Part shown: piece by piece, positions 42,254 through 51,618 of the stretch
Layout: each line of letters starts with the position of its first letter
Position numbering within the stretch: the stretch's first letter is position 1
Assembly: GCA_963664405.1 (NCBI GenBank)
Contig: OY761158.1
Span: 3,008,001 to 3,072,000, forward strand
Direction: 5' to 3'
Source: Thermoanaerobaculia bacterium
GTDB lineage: Bacteria; Acidobacteriota; Thermoanaerobaculia; Multivoradales; Multivoraceae
Length of the DNA: 64,000 nucleotides
Position numbers and translations under genes: made by a program
The notes under the pieces: model-generated
Told to the model about the DNA's origin: nothing
What the model saw: the letters and a program-made list of their open reading frames with translations, nothing else
Databases searched by the model: none

Positions 42254-42837
42254 TCGTGATGGGCTTTCAGTACCGGGACGATGCAGAAAGACTGCGGGTG
42301 GCTTTGGAGAAACGCCTTCGGGAGTTTTCCCTGGAGCTCCACTCGGAGAAGACGCGGCTGATCGAATTCGGTCGGCTTCCAGCCCTGCGCCGACAGCGGC
42401 TCGGGCAGCGTCGCCCCTCGACCTTCGCCTTCCTGGGCCTCACGCACTACTGTGGGTGGACTCGGGATGGGCGATTCGTCTGCAAGCAAAGGACGCAGTC
42501 GACGCGATTGTCGCGGAAGCTGCGGGAGGTCAAGGTGGAAGCTCGGCGCCGGATGCATCGGCCGGTGGCGGAACAGCATCGCTGGCTTACCAGTGTGCTG
42601 CGAGGTCACTATCGGTACTACGGTCTGCCTGGCAACTCCAAAGCTCTGGCCTCGTTTCGCAACCAGGTGAGCCAGATCTGGTACCGGTCGCTTCGAAGAC
42701 GAAGCCAACGCGGCCTGCTCTGGCTCGCCTACAACGAGATCCTGCGCCGACTGCCACTCTTGCCAGCTCGTGTTGATGGCTGCGAGAAAGCGCATCCCGT
42801 TGGCTGCGAGCGCAGTTTCCGGGATGGAGTGAGCTGA
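42254..42837 (+). pseudogene. Group II intron RT C-half (class E-like), no DV/DVI after it
   Basis: (F)VMGFQ..DAE, LELHSEKTRLIEFGR, TFAFLGLTHYCG, LRGHYRYYG and LRRRSQR. Confidence 0.85.
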
Positions 42838-42939
42838 GGGCTTCGCGACCGCGGGAGAGCTAGCCCTTCTTCAGGAGGGCGGCATCATCCCGCCGGAACG
42901 GCGGTCCGGGTGCGTGGTCCCGGCTCCGGTACCGTTTCC

Positions 42940-44375
42940 TCACTCGCCAATGGCGGTAGTGGACCAGCCAGCTTGGACACGGCTACGCCGGAGGACGACT
43001 TCGAACTGCTCGGGCGGCATCGGCTTGCCAAACAAGAAGCCTTGCCCCGCGTCGCAGCCCTTCTGCTGCAAGAACGCAAGCTGACTCTCGGTCTCGACAC
43101 CCTTGGCGATCACCTCCAGGCCTAGTTCTTTGGCGAGAACGATGGTCGCGTTGATGATGCTGCGCTGTCCGAATGCCCGGGTACTCCCGCAACGAGGGAG
43201 CCATCGATCTTCAGCGAGCTGAGAGGATAGCGAAGGAGGTTGCTGAGCGACGAATAGCCGGTACCAAAGTCGTCCATCATGAATCTCACCCCGGCCTTAC
43301 CGAGCTCGGCGAGATACTGAACCACTCGTTCCATCTGGCTGGCCGCGTCCTTCTCGTTGATCTCCAGGCGCAACCACTCGGGAGCAAGACCGCTGACCTC
43401 GAGGGCACGGGTGACGACCGGCACGAGGTTTCCGGCCTGAATCTGGCGCAGCGATACATTCACCGAAATGGGGACCGGGGGCAATCCCGCTCGTTGCCAC
43501 TCGGCGTTCTGGCGACATGCCTGGGCGATCACCCAAGCGCCGAGAGAGGGGATGAGCCCACATTCTTCTGCCAGCGGGATGAATGTCTCTGGCGCTATGG
43601 TGCCCTTTCTTGGATGTTCCCAGCGGGTCAGGACTTCAACCCCGATCACCTGCCCATCGGTCAGGGCGACCTGCGGCTGGAAGTGGAGACAGAGCTCGTC
43701 CCGATTGAACGCGCCACGGAGATCCTGCTCGAGACCCCTTCGAAACTGCGCCCACTCCTTCATCGACGGGTCGAAGACTTGTAGGCTGTTGCTACGCTCT
43801 CTCTTCGCTCGATACAGCGCGGCGTCAGCGTTTCTCATCAGCTGAACAGGCAGCGGAACCCTCTTCCTCCACCCAAGTCCGCCGCGCACGCGGAGCAGTT
43901 GCTGGTGGTCGGGGTCGATCTCGAGACCTCGGTCAAGAGCCTCTATGGCAAGCCTCCGCTGCTCGGCTAGTAGATGAGTCCGCGCCAGATTGAGGTAGTT
44001 CTCAGGCTCTGACGGCTCAGCCCGAAGGGCACGTTGGCAGAGTGCGAGGCCCTCGGATTGCTTTCCTTCGAGAGACGCGATCCCGTAACCCAGATACGAC
44101 CAGGCGAGTGTTGGCGGACCTGGCGCAATCGGCGGGCTGTTAGCTGGGGCCCGCGCGCTTTCTAGCGTATAGGAAGGCAACCGGCGGTGGGCTTTCGCGC
44201 CGAACTTGTTGACGGAGAAGAGCAGGTTGGGGAGCCCCTCCTTCCACATCCCCGTGCGGCAGAGATTGATGCCGTGCCAGGCGAGGTCAATCAGGTCCTG
44301 CGTGCCGGAATCAATGCTAGGTGCACTCGCACTTCGTAGGTCTTGAACGACCCTCGCTCTGATCAACCTGTTCAT
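42940..44375 (-). pseudogene. Chimeric TPR protein fused to a GGDEF tail and degenerate EAL domain, frameshifted near 43160
   Basis: TPR ENYLNLAR, then NADAALYRAK, FQPQ, EVLTRW and [10 protein letters not shown]. The other frame gives [16 protein letters not shown]. Confidence 0.75.
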
Positions 44376-44896
44376 GACTGGAACCTGGGCTATGGAACTA
44401 GAGCACATCTCCGTCAGGCTATCGTCAGGGGATCTCTCCCTCGGCCCCGAGTTCTACACCCTTCCGCAGGAGCGATGTTTGCCCGGCGTACCGCCGTCGC
44501 TCTCCACGATGAACGGTCGGTTGCGGCCAGCCTCCACGTTCGATGGAAGCAGCAGCTTGGTGGCGTGCCTCCGCCGCCGCGCCCCTTCATGTTGGCGTTC
44601 GGCAGTCGCGAAACCAAGGACCCACGAGGCCGTATCAAGGGTCGAATAGGCTCGCAAGTGAAACATCCGATGTGTGGGGAGACAGATCGATGAAGAAGAG
44701 ACTGCATCTTTCGTATGAGACCCTGACCCTGATCGTTCTTGCCGGCGCGGCGGCACTCTTGGCCAGCCCGATCTCTGCGGCTGCCGCCGACGTCGAGCAG
44801 CCCACCTATGTCGAGCACATAGCTCCCCTTCTCCACGCCAACTGTGTCTCCTGCCATCGGCCCGGAGAGATCGCGCCGATGTCTCTACGCACCTAT

Positions 44897-46411
44897 CCCC
44901 AATTCGCGAATAAATCAGGCGGCTCGGAGGGCTTTAGCGACTCTTTGGAAGTCTTGTTGAGCGGCGGCTGAAGTGCCGAGGTCGAGGGTGATTCGGCCAG
45001 CAGGGTGAAGGAGGACGCCGGCTCGGCCGAGGAGTTTGAATCGCAGGGTGTGGATGGTTTCGAAGCGATGCAGAGTTCTCCGTTTGCGAGTCCGTGAGCG
45101 GGGCTGCGGGCGTGCCGCGACCTGAAACGACCGGGCGAGGTTGAAGGCGAGGACGCTGAGCACTTGCCAGGCAGCATTGGCCGCTGCCTTGAGACTGGGG
45201 ACACAGTTGAACGCGAAGCCGTTGCGTAACTCAGCGTAGGCCTTCTCGTGGGTCCCTCGACCGTTGAGGAAGTGCCACAGATTCCGGCCGTTCAGCTGTT
45301 TGTTGGTGGTGATCGCCGAGTACTCGTAGTGGCCGTCGTCGGGGTCGAACAGGTCGAGCTGGAAGTTCTTGCGCGTCTCGTGAGCCACCCGCTTGCGGTA
45401 GAGCACGATGCGGCGCACCTGGTTCCAGGCGGCCACCCGAGTGCGGGTCTCACAAAAGCTCACCGTGTCGTCGATGCGGATCCACTTCGCAGCCTGAGCC
45501 ACCGCCGCCTTCAGGTGCAGCCAGGGGTAGAACGGGACCTTGATCGCGTACTCCGCCCTCGCCGAGTCCAGGAACTCCAAGACATCCCGGCGAAAGAACG
45601 CCCCGTCCATGCGGAACTCCAGGCGTACGCCACGATCGACCGTGGCGCGAATCTGGTCGAGAAGCGCTGAGAGAAAGTTAAGAGACGCTTTTCCATCGTG
45701 CACGTTGCCTGGGCGGTTCTCGACCCGCAGGATCTGACCCGACTGCGCCTCGTAGGCGGTGATCGGGTAGTAGCTCGGAACCTTCCGGTGGTGAGGGTTG
45801 AAGCCACGCTTCGCTCCTTCGACCGTCTGTCCGGTCGACACCACCGAGCCGTCGACATCGATCGTCAAACGCGCCAGTCTCGCCTTCTGAAGAGCCTCGC
45901 CCACCACCTCAGAGTTCAGCCGCACCAAACGCGCCACGTGACTCTCAGACAGTTGCGCCAGCCACCCGCTCACGGTCCTCGGCGACGGCAGTCGGCGGAG
46001 TCCGGCGAACCGGGCCAAGATCGGATCCGACTGCACGTAGCGAAGGTGCCAGATCCGTCGACCGCCGACCATCAGAAGGCCAAGCAGCACAAGGAGCATC
46101 GGAACGGTGCCGAAGTCGCTTCTCGGGAACGACCTTCCGACCCACCGCCGAAGCCGCTCGCGAAACCTCCGCCTCTGAAGGAAGTCCCGGAACAGCTCCA
46201 ATCCGGCCTGCGAAGTAACTTGCTGCAGGCCGCACCGGTACTCGACCCGACCGTTGACCCGACCCCTGAGATCTGCTCTGCTTAACCGCACTGAGAGTGC
46301 CCTTTCGTTGTGGTGACTTCTTTCGGCTTTGACACCCGAAGTACACCACAGCGGAGGGCCCTTTCGCTTCTTAGACCACCAGATCAGACCGCTCTTTTTC
46401 GCGAATTGGGG
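44897..46411 (-). mobile_element. IS1380-family insertion sequence
   Basis: 14-bp IRs CCCCAATTCGCGAA / TTCGCGAATTGGGG and a 4-bp CTAT duplication. Confidence 0.92.
44915..46291 (-). CDS. IS1380-family transposase
   Basis: TIDVDGSV, SYYPI, RPGN, RMDGAFF, RGTHE and ANAAW. Confidence 0.9.
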   Translation of the reverse strand: MRLSRADLRGRVNGRVEYRCGLQQVTSQAGLELFRDFLQRRRFRERLRRWVGRSFPRSDFGTVPMLLVLLGLLMVGGRRIWHLRYVQSDPILARFAGLRRLPSPRTVSGWLAQLSESHVARLVRLNSEVVGEALQKARLARLTIDVDGSVVSTGQTVEGAKRGFNPHHRKVPSYYPITAYEAQSGQILRVENRPGNVHDGKASLNFLSALLDQIRATVDRGVRLEFRMDGAFFRRDVLEFLDSARAEYAIKVPFYPWLHLKAAVAQAAKWIRIDDTVSFCETRTRVAAWNQVRRIVLYRKRVAHETRKNFQLDLFDPDDGHYEYSAITTNKQLNGRNLWHFLNGRGTHEKAYAELRNGFAFNCVPSLKAAANAAWQVLSVLAFNLARSFQVAARPQPRSRTRKRRTLHRFETIHTLRFKLLGRAGVLLHPAGRITLDLGTSAAAQQDFQRVAKALRAA

Positions 46412-46519
46412 CTATGACGAGGTGCGGCCCTGGGCTCGGTCGATCGGCAAGAGTGTTCGCCAGCGCGACATGCCGCCCTGGGACGCCGATGAAGGGTACG
46501 GGCCCTTCACCAACGACAC

Positions 46520-47064
46520 CAGCCTCCGCATCGAGACGACCGCGCACCACCAGCATGCCGTCGTCGTCGAAGTAGGCCTCGAGCGACCGGCTGGCATGTC
46601 GGCGCCGCTCTTCTTCCTGGTCCTCCAGGCGATCGACCCGTCGCCACGCTCGCACCAGCCTCTCGACATGCGCAGCGCTCCCGCAGCGAGCAAACGCGAG
46701 GAGCTCCTCTTCATTCTCTGGCGTCGCCACTCGGGTGAGCGCGCGAATCTTCGAGTACGACAACTCGCCTCGGCTCATCGACTCACTCAAGAGCGGCAGC
46801 TCGCCCAGAGCATGAGCAACCCGAACCTTCTCGCGTGCCGCGCCGAGAACCAGGCCGGTGCGCTAGTTGAGCCAGTGGGCGCAGGAGGCGAAGCCAACGT
46901 TCCAGCCGCCACGTTCGTCGAATTGGCGGATCAGAGTGAGGAGGCAGTAATTGGCAGCCTGAATACGAGCCGAGCTCGGCGATTTCTTCACCGAGTCTTT
47001 CGACCTGGCCGTCGAGAAGCGGCGGACCGGGGTTGGGAGAAAGCTCCGAGGGTTCTTGTCTCAT
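46520..47064 (-). pseudogene. DUF222/HNH-type protein N-terminal fragment
   Basis: SCAHWL.WR, AREKVRVARAL, GELSYSKIRALTRVATPENE and DDGMLVVRGRL across frameshifts; truncated. Confidence 0.75.
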
Positions 47065-47542
47065 TGCCTGTCGAGCCAGCGTGGCGGCTTCGGCGTGCCC
47101 TCCGGTGGCGGCGACTCGTCTCCACACTCCCGATCGGGGCGATACGTGCCCCTCAATTTCTTGACGGCGGTCGGCGTCTTGCGCCGCCCAGAGCGTGAAT
47201 TACCTGTCATTTAAAACCTCCATTTTTTGACGGGGGACAGAGAGTGGGCGTGGTCGCATTGCCGGGAGATCGAGACTCCAGGGGTTGGATAGGCCCCCCT
47301 AGGCCTGGAGTCCATAGACGACGGGCCCATTGCCAGCCGTCACGCTCGATCCCTCGCGCAAAACGGCGGCAGAGGAACCGGGGGCGGAGGGGGGGCTCCG
47401 CGGCGGCTCCCTGCCGCTCGGGGGCCGGGATGGGTCCGGCCCAAAAGCCTGGTCTGATCATACTCCTTCGGCATCGTTAGGGACGGTCTGGGGCTTCTTC
47501 GTTCACGCCGCGCCCGCCACAGGCCGCCCGTAGACGCCTCCT

Positions 47543-47875
47543 CTAGCGTACTTCCAGTAGGGAGAGGAGAACGGCTCGGTCCTGACGGGAAAGGCTCGTG
47601 AACTCGGCTCCGATTTCGAGGAGACCACCCTCGGCGAGCTCGACGTGAACCACTCGCGCCTCGGCTTGAATCAGCTCCTCGCGAGCGCCAATCTCGAGCT
47701 CCAAAAGGTCGCCCTCCTCCAGCCCTGTACTGACTTTAAAGCGGACGCCAGACCGGCTGAGATCGAGGGTTCTACCCATCGCGATCGATGTTTTTCGGCG
47801 CTCGCGCCTGGTATAGGCAACGAGCCTGATGGAGCGGACGCGAGGCGTCCTCCTGCGGTTCTGATCGCTTGGCAT
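47543..47875 (-). CDS. PilZ-domain protein
   Basis: RRTPR (RxxxR) and DLSRSG (DxSxxG). Confidence 0.82.
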   Translation of the reverse strand: MPSDQNRRRTPRVRSIRLVAYTRRERRKTSIAMGRTLDLSRSGVRFKVSTGLEEGDLLELEIGAREELIQAEARVVHVELAEGGLLEIGAEFTSLSRQDRAVLLSLLEVR

Positions 47876-48262
47876 CTGTGCCACCGGCACGGGTAGTTTA
47901 CGAGGCTCAGTGTACTCCTGCGCCACCCTGATCGTCCCCCAGTTCCACCCGCGGCGCGCCGATACGCAGGCAGTCCGGCGTAGGGCCACACAGAGGTGCC
48001 TAGAGCGCCCTAACACGGCCAGGGCGGGGGTGTGTATGCACCTAAGAAACGATCGGCCCCTGTAGGCGCAACTAGAGCGTAACTAAGTAGCTCTCGCCAC
48101 CTTCTTCTTCCGCACCAGCTCGACATAGCCCGCGCCTCAGCCTTCCGCTTGAAGGCTTCCACGCACGGGTCAACCTGGTAGAAGGCATCTTCAAGACCGA
48201 GATCTTCAGCGCGGTCCATAATAGCTAACGTACCGTGCCGGGGCTCATACCCAGCTTCGCCG

Positions 48263-48922
48263 CTATCTCGTCGAATCGAGGTAGGGCCGCAGTCGGTCGA
48301 GCACTTGCTCCGGCTCGGCGACAGCTACGGCTATGCCTGCCGGTTGGTCGCCCGGCGCCTGCCCAGCGGGGATTCTTTGCACCACCACGGCCGCCGCTCG
48401 AATCGGTTCGGCATCGTCCGGTGGCTGGAACTCCAGCGTGATCTCCGTGTTCAAAGGCGGGGGACTCTCGGTGGGAATGAAGAATCCTCCGAGCTCGATC
48501 TCGCTGGCGGAGACCTCCAGGAGGACGCGGTCCTCGTCGAGGGCGATGTGGTAGACGCCTTCCTCCTCGACCACCCCGTACTTCGCCTCCTCTCCTTGCT
48601 CGCCGAGTCTGGCCACCAACTCCTCAGGCGTCTGGAAGCGTACGCCCATACCCGAAGGGCCCAAGCGCCGTAGGTCCGGAGCGACCCATACGCGACGGGT
48701 CACGACGGCCTCGAAAGTCAACGGGTTCTTCCCGTGCATCACTTCCATGCGCATCTCGGTGCCGCGCCTGTAGGGGTAGGGCGTGACGATGAAGGCTCCG
48801 GTAGACGAGATGTCGTTGGTAAAGCCGTATCGGCCCTGCGAGGAGTCCCCCCCGACCCAGTAACGCACCTTAGATCGTCGCGAAATGCGGCGTGCTACGC
48901 GGCGCTCGGATGTCCTCTGCAT
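48263..48922 (-). CDS. Tandem PilZ-domain protein (second domain degenerate)
   Basis: ERRVARR, DISSTG and GMGVRF; second repeat GGFFIPT..GIAV. Confidence 0.78.
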   Translation of the reverse strand: MQRTSERRVARRISRRSKVRYWVGGDSSQGRYGFTNDISSTGAFIVTPYPYRRGTEMRMEVMHGKNPLTFEAVVTRRVWVAPDLRRLGPSGMGVRFQTPEELVARLGEQGEEAKYGVVEEEGVYHIALDEDRVLLEVSASEIELGGFFIPTESPPPLNTEITLEFQPPDDAEPIRAAAVVVQRIPAGQAPGDQPAGIAVAVAEPEQVLDRLRPYLDSTR

Positions 48923-49056
48923 TCGCCTCTCTCCTCTGCTTTCCTAGTCGCGACGAGACTCGGCTTCCGCTCTAGAAAGGTGCTCCTCGCACCCCATTAT
49001 AGCTGAGAGGCTATTTGTTGGCCACGGGAGGCTCACGAAGAGCGAGCCCTTTGTGC

Positions 49057-49257
49057 GGCATTGTCAGGTTGAGGCGGTCGCGGTCAGACTGGACCGATGA
49101 AGAGCGACAAACCCAGCTACTGCGGCCATCGGTTCCCACGCGAGATCATCAGCCACGCCGTCTGGCTGTACCATCGGTTCTGCCTGAGCTTCCGCGACGT
49201 CGAGGATCTCTTGGCGGAGCGCGGAATCGATGTCTCCTATGAGGCCATCCGTCCATG
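49057..49257 (+). mobile_element. IS6-family remnant (left IR and transposase N-terminus)
   Basis: GGCATTGT end and GHRFPREIISHAVWLYHRFCLSFRDVEDLLAERGIDVSYEAIR. Confidence 0.85.
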
Positions 49258-49563
49258 GACGAGCTGGAAATCTTAGACCCCGAGGTGCTCGTCATCGTCA
49301 CTTGTCTTGCGGTAAAGAAGGGCGGCGACTGGTACGCTTGTGCGATAAATTTCAAACTCGTCCAGACTGTCGAAGTCCCCCGTTTTGACGAAGGAGGGGT
49401 TCCGTTCTTCGGGCTCCAAAGCGCGGCCATCTGGGAAATGCACGCCATTACATTCGACGAAGACACCAGAAGAGGGGCTCGCTCGCAGATCGGCGATATG
49501 ACCGATCTTCTAATCAACGATTGGCTCGCGGCCAACACGGTGTCCCGATGAAGTATCCGAAGC

Positions 49564-50598
49564 TAGTACACCGGGACGGAAGTTCTGGAACGTATTATTT
49601 CAAGCTGCATGAGCGAAAGAGGGACACCGTTGGAGGAGGCGTACGAGGTCGTCGCGGGTGAAGCTCCACTGGAAGGGCTGCGCGATCTTCTGGTAGTGGT
49701 CTTGGAAGTCGAGGATGCGCTGGGTGATCTGGTGACAGGAGGCGAAGTCGTCGGGGGTGAGGGCCTTGCGTTGCAGGACGGAGAAGTAGATTTCGATTTG
49801 GTTCAGCCAGCTGGCGTGCACTGGCAGGTGAACCAGGATGAGCCTGGGCCACTGGCGGCGGAGTCTGTCAATGGCGCGCTGGCCTCGGTGGACGGTGCCG
49901 TTGTCGACAACCCAGAAGACCCGCTTCGCCGAGCGGTAGGGCTTGACGCTCATGACCGAGGCGACGAGAGCATCGAAACAGTCGATGGTGGATCGTTCAA
50001 CGACGTGGCCGAAGAGGCGGGCGCGATGGACATCCCAGGCGGCCTGGTACGCGCAGGTGCCGCGTCGACGGTACTCGTGCTCGACGCGGAGGGCACGGCG
50101 AGGGGCGGTCGGGCGAATCGGATGGCGCCGCTGGCGGATCTGAAGTCCCGCCTTCTCATCGGCGGAGAGGACGAAATCCCCTTCCTTGAGGGGCTTGTCT
50201 TCCCAATGACCGTCGTACAGATCCAGGACCCGACCGGCCTTGCGGGCGAAATCGGGATCGCGAGGAAAGATCCAGCTCCGGTAACTCCAGGGTCGAATGG
50301 CGTCTTGCGAGAGCCAGCGCCAGATAGTCGTGCCCGAGATCTCGGCGACGATGCCCTGGTCGAGGACATGGCGACGCAGCTCGCTGCGGCTGAACCGCGA
50401 CAAAGGAAGTCCCTCCGTGGCGGGGAGCTGGCAGGCCAGGGCTTTGACCTCAGCAATGATCGCCGGGGGGGAAATCGGAGGGGCGTCCTCCGCGGGGTCG
50501 ATCCTCTAGCCCCGCGAGTCGCCGATAGAAGAACCGTTTTCGCCACTTCGAGACCTTTGGCCGCGTGAGCTGAAGGGTGGCCGCGATGTCCTTGTTTT
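49564..50598 (-). mobile_element. IS630-family element, 5' end cut by IS3
   Basis: SADEK, EHEYRRRG, VDNGTVH and PVHASWLNQIEIYFS. HTH part lies in another frame across a TTTC7 run at ~50465-50474. Confidence 0.85.
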
Positions 50599-51615
50599 TG
50601 GAGCTACCCCGATTTGGTGGACACCGCTGAAAGTCCGAGAATGGACTTGGAGGTGTTCAGGAGATGGGTCAGTCACGGAGAAGATTCAGCGAGGAGTTCA
50701 AGCGCGAGGCGGTCCGCCTGGCTTACGGGACGGGGCGTTCGGTCGTCGAGGTGGCTCGGGAGTTGGATGTGCGTGCGGAGCAGATTCGTCGTTGGCGCAA
50801 GCATTTCGAGCACCGGGAGTCGTTGGGATCGGAGCCCGATCCCGCGGAGGAGGTCAAGCGCCTTCGTCGCGAGCTGGCTCGGGTGAAGCAGGAGCATGCG
50901 ATCCTAAAAAAAGCCTTGGCGATCTTCTCGGAGACGCAGCGATGCGTCTGAGTGTGGCGCAGCGTGTCGCGGTGTCGTTTCCGGTGGCGCAGGTATGTAG
51001 CGTCCTGGGAGTGTCCCGCAGCGGCTACTACGCACGTCTCGGGCGCGGTGAATCGGCCCGTGTGCGAGAAGATCGCCGACTCAAGCAGCAGATTCTGGCG
51101 GTGCATGTGGAGGCACGGCAGCGCTACGGGACGCCTCGTGTCGAGCGCGCGCTGCGCCGGTCGGGGACGCGGACGTCTCGCAAGCGCGTGGCGCGTTTGC
51201 GTCGTGAACTGGGATTGCGCACCCGCGACTCCCGCCGCTTCCGCGTGACGACCGATTCCGACCATCGCAAGCCAATCGCACCGAATCGCTTGCAGCGCAG
51301 CTTCACGTCCCGTGCTCGAGATCGCATCTGGGTCGGCGACATCACCTATCTGCGTGCCGGTGCGAGCTGGCTGTATCTCGCCGTGCTTCTGGACGTCTAT
51401 TCCCGCCGAGTGGTGGGATGGAGCCTCTCGAGCCGCATCGACGAGGGGCTTGTCCGCAAGGCCTTGGATCGAGCCCTAGCCGCTCGTCGGCCGGCCCGAG
51501 GCTGGATCCATCATACCGACCGAGGCGGCCAATACTGCGCGGACGACTACCGCGAGCGGGTCGACAAACTCGGAGGGGTCGCGAGCATGAGTCGCAAAGG
51601 CGATTGCTGGGACAA
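50599..51615 (+). mobile_element. IS3-family element (orfA 50664-50951, orfB truncated at KGDCWD)
   Basis: TG-starting IR, FSEEFKREAV, A7G slippery site 50906-50913, YGTPRV, WVGDITY and HHTDRGGQY. Confidence 0.88.
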
Positions 51616-51618
51616 GGG

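Larger units (their letters stand above)
44690..46525 (+). pseudogene. Paralog of the cytochrome c/monooxygenase-like gene, IS1380-interrupted and 3'-truncated
   Basis: CVSCHRPGEIAPMSLRTY|DEVRPWARSI..MPPW is restored on removing the IS. Confidence 0.85.

Noticed and set aside
39618-42837. RTs as a retron, DGR or defence RT system
   Set aside because: Maturase domains, GTGCG starts and DV/DVI identify group II introns; no TR/VR pair was seen.
47200-47540. GC-rich hairpin-prone intergenic stretch as an ncRNA
   Set aside because: No recognisable family motif or second copy; hairpins are expected at this GC content.
49255-49551. 98-aa ORF after the IS6 remnant
   Set aside because: It starts inside the IS6 fragment and has no recognisable motif; likely a gene remnant.
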